A stretch of 25,732 bases of DNA, taken from the IMG/VR virus record IMGVR_UViG_3300029145_000024, positions 1-25,732 of that record. One strand, 5' to 3'. Below, one piece after another: positions 14,549 through 24,456 of this stretch; the stretch's first letter is position 1, and each line of letters opens with the position of its first letter. Below the pieces are notes generated by a model, which worked only from the letters and a program-made list of their open reading frames with translations, was not told the DNA's origin and searched no databases. Source of the stretch: a virus (taxonomy: Duplodnaviria > Caudoviricetes). Position numbers and translations under genes: made by a program.

Positions 14549-14740
14549 TTATGTTGCAATTTCTACTACAACTCTTCCATTTAAAATCATTTCGGTCTCA
14601 TCAAAAATTTCTTCTGATATTCTTACCATGTCTTCAACAATAATGTTAATTTCATCTTTAGTTTTTTCAGGATGATTCAGGTTCGCCCACTTTCGAAATC
14701 GATCGTGGAATTTCTGTAAAAATGCAGATCTATCTACCAT
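14549..14740 (-). CDS. Hypothetical protein
   Basis: SD AAGGAG; 63 aa. Confidence 0.75.
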   Translation of the reverse strand: MVDRSAFLQKFHDRFRKWANLNHPEKTKDEINIIVEDMVRISEEIFDETEMILNGRVVVEIAT

Positions 14741-14776
14741 TTCTAATCTCCTTTTAAATTGTATGAAACAACATAG

Positions 14777-16510
14777 TTATTTAGAAGATTTGACGAATTT
14801 AGTAAAGCCCTTTTCGATCTTTGTTTCATAAATTCGCTCAAATTTTTCGATCATGGAATCCCCTCTATGGGAAATAATGATTGCATGAGTACTATCACCA
14901 AGAATATTCTGTAGAAGTTTCATGAATTCATCAACACCTTCAGAATCTAAGCTTGAATCAAAAACTTCATCCAAAATCAATAGATTAGTGTTTGCACTAT
15001 TCTTCATCTGTGCAATATCTCTCCAGGCTAAAAGAATAGCAATATTGATTCTAAATTTCTGACCTTCAGAGAATGATTCATAAGAAAATTCATCTCTATA
15101 TCTGGATTTTACAGTTTCCTTAAAGTTTTCATCTAGATTGAATTCAACAAAGAAATCCAAAGCCTTAAGATACTTGTTAATCAAAGAATTCATAACAGGG
15201 AGATATTCTTTAATGATCTTAGACTTGATTCCATTATCCTTAAGCAATGCCTCAGTGTATTTTAGATTGTCTCCATAGGTTTTAATCATGGATACATTCG
15301 TATTCAATGTTGAAATACTTTCTCGAAGATCTTCAATTTGCTGAATATACTCACTTGTATCTACATTTGTATTCTTCTTTTCTTTAATCTTTTGTTCGAT
15401 TTTTTTCTTTGTGCTTTCAATTGTGCTAAATCGACCTCTTCGTTCTGCTACCATTGCTTGAAGTTTTCTGATATGGCTTTCGATCTCTCTAAATTCTTCT
15501 AACTTTGATGTAGCTTCTTGCATATTCTCTTTAAGAATTTTCATACCATTTTGAAGCTTTTCTTTTTCTTCTAAACTTTCATCCAGAATGTTCTTAGCAA
15601 ATTCTTCATCTATTTTCTGGTTACATTTTGGACATGTTTTAGAATCAGAATAAAAATCTTCTGTTCTTGTGTGATTACTAATTTTTGTTTGAATTTTTGC
15701 TTCGTATGATCGAAGATCATTGATCGTTTTTTCGATAGTTGATTTTTCTGTGAGTTTCGATGTATTATCAGAAATTTCCGCCTGAATATCTGAGATCTCT
15801 TCAACAAGAGTTTTCATCTGTTCCACATAAGATAAAATTTCTCTTTTCTGTTCTTCTATTTCTTCTGTCTTATTATCCTCCATTTTTGCAATATGAGATT
15901 CCAACATAACAATTTTTTCATTTGAAGAATCAATTCTGGTTGTATAATCTCGTAGGTTCGATGTATTTTCCGAAACAAGATCTTTTAATACAATACGCAT
16001 CTTAGAGAAAATTTGAATATCGAGAAGATCTTCAATAACCTGTCTTCTATCTGCTGCACTGAGAACCATGAAAGGAACATAGTTAGAAGATCCCAAAACG
16101 ATAATCTGAGTAAAAGTCTTGAAATTCATTCCAAGAATATTACTCTCCAAGAATTTTTGATAGTCTTTACTTGTGGAATCTTGATTAATAAGAATCTCAT
16201 TCTCATATATTTCAAAGATAGAAGGCTTTTGACCACGAATGATCTTATATTGCTTCCCCTTCGCTTTAAATTCTATTTCAACAACAGAATCTGATCCATT
16301 AATTGAATTGATTAGAAGTGGTTTATTGCATCCTCGAAACGATTTTCCAAATAGAACGAAAGTCAATGCATCCAGAAGCATAGACTTACCAGAACCATTT
16401 TTTCCAATAATAGCTGTCGCACCACTCTTATCTAAATCATACTCAATAAAATAATTTCCGGCAGATAGAAAATTTTTGAATCTAACTTTTTGAAACACAA
16501 TACCATTCAT
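14777..16510 (-). CDS. 46: Recombination endonuclease ATPase subunit (T4 gp46; Rad50/SbcC-like)
   Basis: Walker A GKNGSGKS, zinc hook CPKC, signature FSEGQ, Walker B LILDEVFD, coiled coils. Confidence 0.96.
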   Translation of the reverse strand: MNGIVFQKVRFKNFLSAGNYFIEYDLDKSGATAIIGKNGSGKSMLLDALTFVLFGKSFRGCNKPLLINSINGSDSVVEIEFKAKGKQYKIIRGQKPSIFEIYENEILINQDSTSKDYQKFLESNILGMNFKTFTQIIVLGSSNYVPFMVLSAADRRQVIEDLLDIQIFSKMRIVLKDLVSENTSNLRDYTTRIDSSNEKIVMLESHIAKMEDNKTEEIEEQKREILSYVEQMKTLVEEISDIQAEISDNTSKLTEKSTIEKTINDLRSYEAKIQTKISNHTRTEDFYSDSKTCPKCNQKIDEEFAKNILDESLEEKEKLQNGMKILKENMQEATSKLEEFREIESHIRKLQAMVAERRGRFSTIESTKKKIEQKIKEKKNTNVDTSEYIQQIEDLRESISTLNTNVSMIKTYGDNLKYTEALLKDNGIKSKIIKEYLPVMNSLINKYLKALDFFVEFNLDENFKETVKSRYRDEFSYESFSEGQKFRINIAILLAWRDIAQMKNSANTNLLILDEVFDSSLDSEGVDEFMKLLQNILGDSTHAIIISHRGDSMIEKFERIYETKIEKGFTKFVKSSK

Positions 16511-16517
16511 AAAAACC

Positions 16518-17570
16518 TCATATATTCATAGCTTCTGTATAGATCTTTGATACAATCTCTTTCATCATATGTTGATCTTCGGCACCTTCTAGTTTATCGA
16601 TTTCTCTGTTAATAATTTCGATTGTTGGGAGACTCATATCAACTCCATCAAGATCAATTGTTTCATCATCCACTTTATCAACAATAGAAATTTTATGGAT
16701 TTCACTTTCTTCGAGAGAAGATATTAAAGATTCAAATACATTATTGTTTGTTTTTTTCAGCACGACGATTCGAACAGAACCGTTTTTCATATCACTAAAA
16801 TCGTCCTGAGAAAAATCGTATTCATTATTTACATCATCATAATATAGACGGAAAAATCTCTTCTTATTATGTGGTATAAATTCAAGATCCTGGGTATCCG
16901 TATCAAATACATGGAATCCTTTTGTTTCTCCTAGATCTGTAAAAGACATATCATATGGAGACCCAAGATAATGAATATTTCCAATACATTGTTTCTTATG
17001 AAAGTGTCCAGAAAACACATAATCGAATCTCCTGAATTCTTTCATAGAGATTCCAGTTTCACACTTGAAATTTCCATCCATTTGGAATCCAGCAATCTCA
17101 AAGTGTCCAATAAGAATAGTCGCCCGAGTATTTTTGATAAACTCAAGACATCTTTCTTTGTTTTCTGGGCAAATCCACGGGACCATTCCAAATAAAGTTC
17201 CGCCGATCATAACCTCTTTAGGATCACTCTCATAAAGATGAAGCTTATCATGCTGAGAATAGATCGGATTTAAAGAATTGATCTCATTCGTATTTCTGTA
17301 GTATGTGTTATGGTTTCCGACCAACGCATGTTCAGTATACCCGTTTTTCACCAACGGGTCAATCCACATTCTATGGAATCTATCCATTGTCAAAACATTT
17401 GTAGTCTTACGATTGTCTAAAATATCACCAGCATTAATAACAGTGTCTATATTATGTTCTTTGAGATATGGAAAGAATACTTTAGAATGAAATTCTTCAT
17501 AATAATCTAAAAATAATATATTACTATTACGAACACCAATGTGTTGATCCGTAATAATCGCTATTTTCAT
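16518..17570 (-). CDS. 47: Recombination endonuclease nuclease subunit (T4 gp47; Mre11/SbcD-like)
   Basis: ITDQHIG, AGDILD, GNHN and SGHFH motifs; adjacent to gp46. Confidence 0.96.
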   Translation of the reverse strand: MKIAIITDQHIGVRNSNILFLDYYEEFHSKVFFPYLKEHNIDTVINAGDILDNRKTTNVLTMDRFHRMWIDPLVKNGYTEHALVGNHNTYYRNTNEINSLNPIYSQHDKLHLYESDPKEVMIGGTLFGMVPWICPENKERCLEFIKNTRATILIGHFEIAGFQMDGNFKCETGISMKEFRRFDYVFSGHFHKKQCIGNIHYLGSPYDMSFTDLGETKGFHVFDTDTQDLEFIPHNKKRFFRLYYDDVNNEYDFSQDDFSDMKNGSVRIVVLKKTNNNVFESLISSLEESEIHKISIVDKVDDETIDLDGVDMSLPTIEIINREIDKLEGAEDQHMMKEIVSKIYTEAMNI

Positions 17571-18154
17571 TAATCATCCTTCATAAAATCGTCAAGCTTA
17601 CCACTCGACTTAGACTCTTTCTTTTTGATTGTAGTTTTCTTTTTCTTTTCTGGAACTGCTGCCATTTTCTCATATTTTTGTTGTAACTCTTCCGGAGAAA
17701 GATCACTATCTTTTTCATAAGTGGCAAGCCATGCACTGATTGTACCATCAGTATCTTGCTCTTTAGCTATAGCGTATTTCAATCCTTCTTGCTTTGTTTC
17801 CTTTGCAATTACTCGTAGAAAAGCATACCAACAGATTGTAGTAAAATATGCAAATGGCTTTGGCTTTTTACCAGCATCAATAGCTTTTTGTGGATCGAAA
17901 TTATTTACAGCTTTCAAACAATCAAATATACCTTCGCCTATCATATCAGATTTATATGGATAGTTTACAAAATTTGGTCTTTTTGCGAGACCGGAAGATA
18001 TAAGAGTGATACATTCACCAATAAATTCTGTGACTGGAGGTTTTTCTTCACCCTTGTCTTCTGCTATTTTACATTCTTTTTTATATTCAATTATATGTTC
18101 CAAGAGAACTTCATTATCTACATAATGATCCTCTTTATTTGAAGATTTTTTCAT
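17570..18154 (-). CDS. 55: Late-transcription sigma factor (T4 gp55)
   Basis: HYVDN, RPNFVNYPYKSDMI and PFAYFTTICWYAFLRVIAKE motifs; synteny with 47 and 46. Confidence 0.95.
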   Translation of the reverse strand: MKKSSNKEDHYVDNEVLLEHIIEYKKECKIAEDKGEEKPPVTEFIGECITLISSGLAKRPNFVNYPYKSDMIGEGIFDCLKAVNNFDPQKAIDAGKKPKPFAYFTTICWYAFLRVIAKETKQEGLKYAIAKEQDTDGTISAWLATYEKDSDLSPEELQQKYEKMAAVPEKKKKTTIKKKESKSSGKLDDFMKDD

Positions 18155-18213
18155 AGATATTCCTTATAACGAAATCAAATTGTATAATACCAAACAATAT
18201 TATAACAGAATGA

Positions 18214-18708
18214 TCAGTTATTGTCAATCCATCTATTGCGGATATTCCGTTTTTCTCTCTTTTTTCTTTTTGCATTCTTTTTGATGGGTGGAGGAAATTC
18301 ACGAGTAATCTCAGGTGTAATTTCTTCAGGAGTCCCATCAAACGAATGACCAAGATCAAATTCATTAATTTCATCGTCCAGTCCTGTGAAGTCATCACGA
18401 ATTCCTTCAACAGACTTAGAAATTCTAATATATTCTTGCTTTAAATTTGGACTTGGAACAACCATATCAACCCAGCGATTGGAATTAATAGTTATGTACT
18501 CATTTTTTGAAAATTCAGAATAGGTAAAGAAACAAATTTTGTATGTTTTCTTTGTTTTGGTAGATTTTTGATCGTCATTTACAGATTCAATACCAAATGG
18601 ATTTTTGATCATTAATGTGTTATTCATATCATCTATAGATACTTGACCAATCAAATACTCTCCCGTATCCAATCCTACAATCTGAATTCCCATATGAGTT
18701 TCAAACAT
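18214..18708 (-). CDS. Sm-like domain protein between uvsW and gp55
   Basis: LDTGEYLIG...IKNPF pattern; usual position in T4-like phages; SD GGAGG. Confidence 0.72.
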   Translation of the reverse strand: MFETHMGIQIVGLDTGEYLIGQVSIDDMNNTLMIKNPFGIESVNDDQKSTKTKKTYKICFFTYSEFSKNEYITINSNRWVDMVVPSPNLKQEYIRISKSVEGIRDDFTGLDDEINEFDLGHSFDGTPEEITPEITREFPPPIKKNAKRKKREKRNIRNRWIDNN

Positions 18709-18722
18709 AACCTCCCCTTTAC

Positions 18723-20228
18723 TTAATCAAACAATTTTATCGGAATGACTCTGTATGGGTGCTTCTCTTTGTTATAAATATTGATTCTTTCCATCATGTG
18801 TTTGAATAAGAAATTCTTCTTGTTTCCAACACTCAGATCATCAGCAATATCATATAACTTTACAGTATCTTTTGAATCATGTTGTCTTAATAAACGACCA
18901 ATAGACTGTACTACTCGAATCTTTCCTTTCCCTGGAGAACCACCGAATACAATATTATGTAGGTTTTTGATGGAAACTCCGGTACTAAACACACCATATG
19001 ATGCTACAATAGTGATTCCAGTTTCGTTTTCTGCTATTTTACGAATTTTTTCTCTTTCTTCTCCGTCTGTATCTCCAATTGCAAGATATACATTTTTATT
19101 AGAATGTTCTTTCATATGTTCATACATGGGGATTCCATGATCTTTCACTAAATCCACCAAAACAAGGGTATTTCCTTTTAAATTTTCTGTAAGATCAGAT
19201 ATAAAATCATTTCTTTCTTTAACATTTGCGATGAATTTTCTTTCTTCTTGAAAGGTCATTCCGATAGTTTGATTACATATTCTCTCAGGATATTTTAAAA
19301 CTATACAATCAATATCTAAATCAGGAGCATATCCTTGATTTATCATATCCCGAGCGGCGACTACATTTTTAGTCATTCCAAACAAACCCTCGATAATCAA
19401 TCGTTCACATTTAGATTCTTGTAATGTTCCAGTGAATGCAATTCGATACTGGCAAGAATCTAGTTTATGCATGATACCTTTAAGAGTTTTTGCCTGAAAA
19501 AGATGTGCTTCATCGCCAAGAATTGTTCCGAATACTTTAAAATACTTCTTGGGAAGATCATAAATTGATTGGTATGTCGATATAACAATTTTCTTGTTCA
19601 TATCAATTTTATCTTGACCACTGAATACCATATGACAATGATCATGAGCATTCCAATCATCTTCAGAAGAATAGTCTTCAAAATCAGAAAACATCTGATA
19701 CACAAGGTTTACAGATGGAACAATGAGAAGAATTTTTTTGTCTTTCGGCAATATTTCTGAATACAATCTACACAAAGAATAAATTGTGAGAGACTTACCA
19801 GAAGATGTTGCCGATTCTATAACGCATCTTGACGCTCCCACAATATGTCTGAATGCACTTATTTGAAAAGGTCTGGGAGATATTTTTTTACCTTCAGCAT
19901 GAATATTCAGTTTATCTTCAAAGAATTTTACAGTATCTTCTTTAGAAGGTTTTTTACTTGGAAGAGGAACTGAAGAATCTATTTCCACAGAATAATTGTT
20001 AGCAGATGCCCATACACAGAGATGCGGAAGTAATCCAATATATAATTTTCTCGTCTTGTCGCTAAACAATCGAGTCTTACCATCCCATTTTCTATTTCTA
20101 TAAGCAGGACTGAATTTTGCGCTTGCAGCTTCAAATGTAAATAGATCTACAATTTCTCTTGAAGTAGAATCTTCACATTCTATAATCGCATGAACTTCAT
20201 CCTTCTTTGTAACAAATATATCAGTCAT
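18723..20228 (-). CDS. uvsW: UvsW SF2 DNA helicase
   Basis: WDGKTRLF, ATSSGKS, DEAH, FTGT and QSIGRLLR motifs. Confidence 0.96.
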   Translation of the reverse strand: MTDIFVTKKDEVHAIIECEDSTSREIVDLFTFEAASAKFSPAYRNRKWDGKTRLFSDKTRKLYIGLLPHLCVWASANNYSVEIDSSVPLPSKKPSKEDTVKFFEDKLNIHAEGKKISPRPFQISAFRHIVGASRCVIESATSSGKSLTIYSLCRLYSEILPKDKKILLIVPSVNLVYQMFSDFEDYSSEDDWNAHDHCHMVFSGQDKIDMNKKIVISTYQSIYDLPKKYFKVFGTILGDEAHLFQAKTLKGIMHKLDSCQYRIAFTGTLQESKCERLIIEGLFGMTKNVVAARDMINQGYAPDLDIDCIVLKYPERICNQTIGMTFQEERKFIANVKERNDFISDLTENLKGNTLVLVDLVKDHGIPMYEHMKEHSNKNVYLAIGDTDGEEREKIRKIAENETGITIVASYGVFSTGVSIKNLHNIVFGGSPGKGKIRVVQSIGRLLRQHDSKDTVKLYDIADDLSVGNKKNFLFKHMMERINIYNKEKHPYRVIPIKLFD

Positions 20229-20775
20229 TAGCTGGGAACATCATTTCATAAACACGAATTTGAGGAACAACGATATCAGGTAAAGAAACCCCATAAATCT
20301 TTACTCCATTTGCTTCAAACATATCGTATGCTGCATGAACACTATCAAACCAAATTCCATCATGTCTATTATCTTCTACAAATTGAGCCAGTTCTTTATG
20401 AACCACAACTGTTCGAATTCCAGCATCTATAATGACTTGGGCACATCTATCACAAGCAGCCCATGTAGCATACAAAATAGCTTCTTCCATTAGATTGGGA
20501 GAATTTCCGTATAACTGCTGAAAATTATGTATTGCTTCTACTTCTGCATGACGAGTATAAAAGTATTTTTTGGGTCGAGTTGTATTTTCTTTTGTTCTAG
20601 GAATATTAGCCATAAAATTATTACAACCAGAAGATACTAAATGTCCATTAGGAGTTGCTACAATAGCCCCCACCTGTGTTGATTCATCTTCAGAAAAAGT
20701 AGCATAATGAAAACAATTTCTCATCATATTTATGACATGTGCATTAATCGGATAACCATCCCTCAATCTCTTCAC
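20221..20775 (-). CDS. cd: dCMP deaminase family protein (start uncertain: 20727, 20775 or 20841)
   Basis: SEDESTQVGAIV, SGCN, HAE and CDRC zinc motifs. Confidence 0.85.
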   Translation of the reverse strand: MKRLRDGYPINAHVINMMRNCFHYATFSEDESTQVGAIVATPNGHLVSSGCNNFMANIPRTKENTTRPKKYFYTRHAEVEAIHNFQQLYGNSPNLMEEAILYATWAACDRCAQVIIDAGIRTVVVHKELAQFVEDNRHDGIWFDSVHAAYDMFEANGVKIYGVSLPDIVVPQIRVYEMMFPAND

Positions 20776-21046
20776 GACTGACCTTTGGCCCTGATCCTGA
20801 TTTTGGGAGTCTTTCATAGTATGATTTTTTTGCATCCTCACTCACTCTCTTATTTTCTTTTAAATGCCTAATTTTTGATTTGAAGAATCTTTTAGCCATT
20901 CCAATCTTTGGCATGTATTTAATATTATCTTTTGTTAGATTACCAAACTGTTTGTGTTTGAGAATCATTGTCCATGTTTTTGTTTCTTCGTTTCTTTGTA
21001 CAAACACTTCGTTGTGATTATATTGACCGATAAATTTAGGTTCCAT
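20744..21046 (-). CDS. Basic hypothetical protein
   Basis: TAATG coupling to uvsY; SD GGAGG. Confidence 0.75.
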   Translation of the reverse strand: MEPKFIGQYNHNEVFVQRNEETKTWTMILKHKQFGNLTKDNIKYMPKIGMAKRFFKSKIRHLKENKRVSEDAKKSYYERLPKSGSGPKVSREEIEGWLSD

Positions 21047-21483
21047 TATCCTCCAGACATGAATTTACGATGATCGATTGCCGCTCTGATTAACCATTGC
21101 CAGCTAGAAATATCTTTGAGTTTTCTTTCGATGAATGATATTTTCTCTTCCTGAAGGGATAGAGAATCATAAAAGTCCGCAACAATAGGATCCGAATCAA
21201 AATAAACATCGTAATCCTTTTTCAATATCTTCAGAGCAAATGGTTCTAGATTATATTTTTCATGATCCTCGGGACTCAGTTTTCCATTATAATACTCCCA
21301 GAGAACTTTTTTCCATTTGGAAAATTCTCTGTGAAGCTTTCTCAGATGTATTTTTTCTTTTGTTAAAATTTCATTCCATTTTTGTAGAATAGATGAAATT
21401 TTCAACGCGGCATCATCAAGATCAATCTCGTCTTTCTTTAAAATATCTTTACGAGCCTCATCAATAATATCTTCTAATTTCAT
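21046..21483 (-). CDS. uvsY: Recombination mediator UvsY
   Basis: WEYYNGK, EPFALKILKKD and IRAAIDHRKFMSG motifs; synteny. Confidence 0.93.
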   Translation of the reverse strand: MKLEDIIDEARKDILKKDEIDLDDAALKISSILQKWNEILTKEKIHLRKLHREFSKWKKVLWEYYNGKLSPEDHEKYNLEPFALKILKKDYDVYFDSDPIVADFYDSLSLQEEKISFIERKLKDISSWQWLIRAAIDHRKFMSGG

Positions 21484-21986
21484 AGTACCTCTAAATCATA
21501 TTCCGTATAAGCAAAATTCACAGTAGAGATTAAAATTTCTGATTCACTAGATCGAGCATCGAGATCCAATCCAGAAAGTGAAGTTGGCAACAAATTCTTA
21601 AACTGAATCTTCACTGTTGGATTTAATGAATTACTTTTCAATACAAGAAATCCATCACGATAGATCTCTTCTATATCATACTCATCTCTTCGAGCGAGAG
21701 ATGTAGTAGAACGAATCCATTCGTAAATTTCTGTCCAATTCTTCAGATTTTCATCAACAATAAATTGAACCTGAAGTTCTTCGAATACACCATCACCAGC
21801 ACGAGGAACCGGACCTAATGGAGTAGATTGTACCACACTTCCAAGAGCAAGTCCAGGTAAATTCGCACCTACAAGAAAAAAATTAACATGATCCGCTTCA
21901 TGGATATGGAATTGAAAATTCTTGTTTTTTAATTCATTAAAATTGTCTGGTTGCCTATTGAGCTTACCGTATGGAGGTGTGGGCAT
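21480..21986 (-). CDS. 3: Tail completion/tail tube terminator protein (T4 gp3-like)
   Basis: ANLPG, FIVDENLKNWTEIYEWI and PTSLSGL motifs; upstream of uvsY as in other T4-like phages. Confidence 0.88.
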   Translation of the reverse strand: MPTPPYGKLNRQPDNFNELKNKNFQFHIHEADHVNFFLVGANLPGLALGSVVQSTPLGPVPRAGDGVFEELQVQFIVDENLKNWTEIYEWIRSTTSLARRDEYDIEEIYRDGFLVLKSNSLNPTVKIQFKNLLPTSLSGLDLDARSSESEILISTVNFAYTEYDLEVL

Positions 21987-21989
21987 AGT

Positions 21990-22334
21990 TTACTCCTTAG
22001 TGGATTCTAAACTATTTAGGAACCCTTCAAGATCTGCATAACATTCAGATGTTTTAATGTACGGAGTATATGTATTTGGACCCCGATTTACCCACTCAAA
22101 ATTAGTACAATCCACTGTCATAGAAAATGGAACACCCTCCCACATTTCACTATGATGATAAAGCTTTGTGATAAGAGGAATGATTGTATGTCCATCCTTA
22201 GACACTGGACATGCAATCAAAGGTTCTAACTCATCCGCCGCTTTTCGAAGCATTTCAATGAATTTTCTATCACTTGGATACCATTTTTCGTGTAGATCTG
22301 CTTCTCGTCGAAGATTTTCTATTAGTTCTTCCAT
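21990..22334 (-). CDS. Hypothetical protein
   Basis: 114-aa ORF in the operon. Confidence 0.77.
   Translation of the reverse strand: MEELIENLRREADLHEKWYPSDRKFIEMLRKAADELEPLIACPVSKDGHTIIPLITKLYHHSEMWEGVPFSMTVDCTNFEWVNRGPNTYTPYIKTSECYADLEGFLNSLESTKE
22013..22019 (-). promoter_or_regulatory. Late-promoter-like motif CTAAATA upstream of gp3
   Basis: Variant of T4 TATAAATA about 27 nt before a late structural gene. Confidence 0.5.
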
Positions 22335-22342
22335 AATTCTCT

Positions 22343-23050
22343 CTAAATTATTTCAGGATTCTCGAAACAATATCTTCCATTAATTGGAATGAGTTCAAAG
22401 TTTTTTGGAACATTATCAATATCAGGATATTCTAAATCAGGATTTTCATGCCAAGCATCCATCATACTATTACAAGTATCAAAATAATGCAAAGCATCAT
22501 TATAATCATCTAATCTGACAAAATATTCATGAGCTTCGTTATCTGTAATGACAGTCCATTTTTCTCTTTCTTTTTCTTGAGAGTAATACTTTAATTTATA
22601 AACCCATGCCCATGAAGTTTCATATGGAAATTTATTTTTTCTTAATACATTATTTTTAGTAATATCCCACCAGTATTTAAAATGACTTACTGATCGAAAT
22701 CCTAATTTATGCAACAAATCTTTGTCTGTGATATTACAAACTTTTTTTGGTTGTACATCATCAATATAAAAAGGCGAACCCTGTTTAAGTGATGGCGGAA
22801 CAAGGCAAGCACTTTTTGGAAAACATCCTCGTTGTGTATATGGTGTATGTTTTTCTAGCCAATAAAATCCTCTCTTCCTATAAAAACTATACTTTAATGT
22901 AATAGGATTTTGGACCCATTCATGAGCAGTTATACAATCAGTGTTTTCTATAGGAGGTTGATTTAAAATAGGACTGCAAAAATAAAGTTGTCCTTCTTCT
23001 TCTAATTTTTCCCTTAAATAATTTGGAATTTTTAAATATTGTGTTGTCAT
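22343..23050 (-). CDS. Hypothetical protein, possibly ASCH/PUA-like N-terminal part
   Basis: ITDKDL..LGFRSVSHFKYWWD...SWAWVY resembles phage ASCH-like motifs (weak); ATGA overlap. Confidence 0.65.
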   Translation of the reverse strand: MTTQYLKIPNYLREKLEEEGQLYFCSPILNQPPIENTDCITAHEWVQNPITLKYSFYRKRGFYWLEKHTPYTQRGCFPKSACLVPPSLKQGSPFYIDDVQPKKVCNITDKDLLHKLGFRSVSHFKYWWDITKNNVLRKNKFPYETSWAWVYKLKYYSQEKEREKWTVITDNEAHEYFVRLDDYNDALHYFDTCNSMMDAWHENPDLEYPDIDNVPKNFELIPINGRYCFENPEII

Positions 23051-23415
23051 GAAACATTCGGTCCTTCCTTTATGGCATATCCTAACATAACTCCCATAGC
23101 AAGCCCCATAACAGATTCTAGATTGATATCATTCAATACCATAGCATATCCTGAAAGTAAAAGAGTTCCTAAATCATATTTTAATTCTCTTAATGTGTAT
23201 TCTCTTTGAATAGAATATAATTCATCTTTTAAAATATCATCTGGCGTTTTATTTGGGTGATATATGTGTTTTGATAAAATTCCAGGCATTGATTCTAACA
23301 TAATCAATCTAGGTCCAATAAATTTTATAATACTTCCATGATAGGCCCCTCCTATAACTGGGACTGGGCGTTCACCTCTTTTAATTTTAAAATAATCATC
23401 TTTAAAATCACGCAT
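23047..23415 (-). CDS. Hypothetical protein
   Basis: 122 aa; overlaps both neighbours. Confidence 0.75.
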   Translation of the reverse strand: MRDFKDDYFKIKRGERPVPVIGGAYHGSIIKFIGPRLIMLESMPGILSKHIYHPNKTPDDILKDELYSIQREYTLRELKYDLGTLLLSGYAMVLNDINLESVMGLAMGVMLGYAIKEGPNVS

Positions 23416-24274
23416 TGACAGGATCCTCAGAATTTTCTTCTGCTACTTCGATTCCATTTACAATGTTCCAGAAACGAATAAAAGCATCAACTGTATCAGT
23501 ATCGAATTCATTCATGTTGGCCTTAATACTTGTGATAATCTTTCCTCCAAAAATATTGAAATAATCTAAAATACTTTTTAGTCTGCGAGTTGAAATTTCT
23601 TCATAAACTGCATTTCCTTTTTTTGCCATTCGGCTATCATAAGCCCATTGGACAAGATTTTCAATCGTTTCTTGATCGATATGAATATTTTCAATCTGAG
23701 CGTATTTGGTTAGAATTTCTATTTCTTCTTTTTTGCTTGGAGAGTTCACATCCATGAAAAGTTTAAATCTTCCAAGTAATGCTTTATTCATAAACTGGGC
23801 ACCAATATAATCATCGGATCCATTTCCTTTACTGTTTCCCGTTGCCATAACAGTAAATCCAGGTGCAGGATGAATTGTCTCGCCGGTTTTCTTGATATAG
23901 ATAGACTTTCCTTCAAGAACTGACTGAAGACACATAATTCTAGTAGATCCCAAATCGATTTCATCTAGAAACAGAACAGCACCCTTTCTCATAGCTTGAA
24001 CTACTGGACCATATTCAAAAACAGTATTTCCGTCCTGTAAAGTAAAAGCACCAATCAAATCTGATTCGTCTGTTTCAATTGTAATGTTTGCTCGATAAAC
24101 TTCACGATTAGTATATGCAACAGCCTGTATAATATCTGTGGTTTTCCCATATCCCGTTTCTCCAGCAAGGAAAATAGGATAGAATTTTTTAGATTTTAAA
24201 ATTTTAACCAATGCTTTGAAAGTTTTATTTGGTACAAAAGAAGGATCTTTTTCTGGTATCATATAATGCTCCAT
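23408..24274 (-). CDS. cobS: CobS-like (MoxR family) AAA+ ATPase
   Basis: GETGYGKT, TDESDLIG, LFLDEID, ATGNSKG and ISTRRL motifs. Confidence 0.88.
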   Translation of the reverse strand: MEHYMIPEKDPSFVPNKTFKALVKILKSKKFYPIFLAGETGYGKTTDIIQAVAYTNREVYRANITIETDESDLIGAFTLQDGNTVFEYGPVVQAMRKGAVLFLDEIDLGSTRIMCLQSVLEGKSIYIKKTGETIHPAPGFTVMATGNSKGNGSDDYIGAQFMNKALLGRFKLFMDVNSPSKKEEIEILTKYAQIENIHIDQETIENLVQWAYDSRMAKKGNAVYEEISTRRLKSILDYFNIFGGKIITSIKANMNEFDTDTVDAFIRFWNIVNGIEVAEENSEDPVNA

Positions 24275-24330
24275 TTATAAAAATATAAGTTCTCCCTAAT
24301 AATATATTCGGGGGTGAAATGACATTTGAT

Positions 24331-24359
24331 AGGGTAACAATCAGAAATAAAAATGTCAA
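24331..24359 (-). promoter_or_regulatory. Putative sigma70 promoter for the cobS operon
   Basis: TTGACA-N17-TACCCT with extended TGn. Confidence 0.55.
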
Positions 24360-24390
24360 TACAAAATTTCCCCTGACGCAAAAAAATCTG

Positions 24391-24419
24391 TTGACAAAAA
24401 AAATCGTACAAGGTATGCT
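24391..24419 (+). promoter_or_regulatory. Sigma70 promoter for the CobT-like gene
   Basis: TTGACA-N17-TATGCT with an A-tract upstream. Confidence 0.72.
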
Positions 24420-24456
24420 GATCAAGAATGTAAAATGAAATGGAGAATTATATTTT

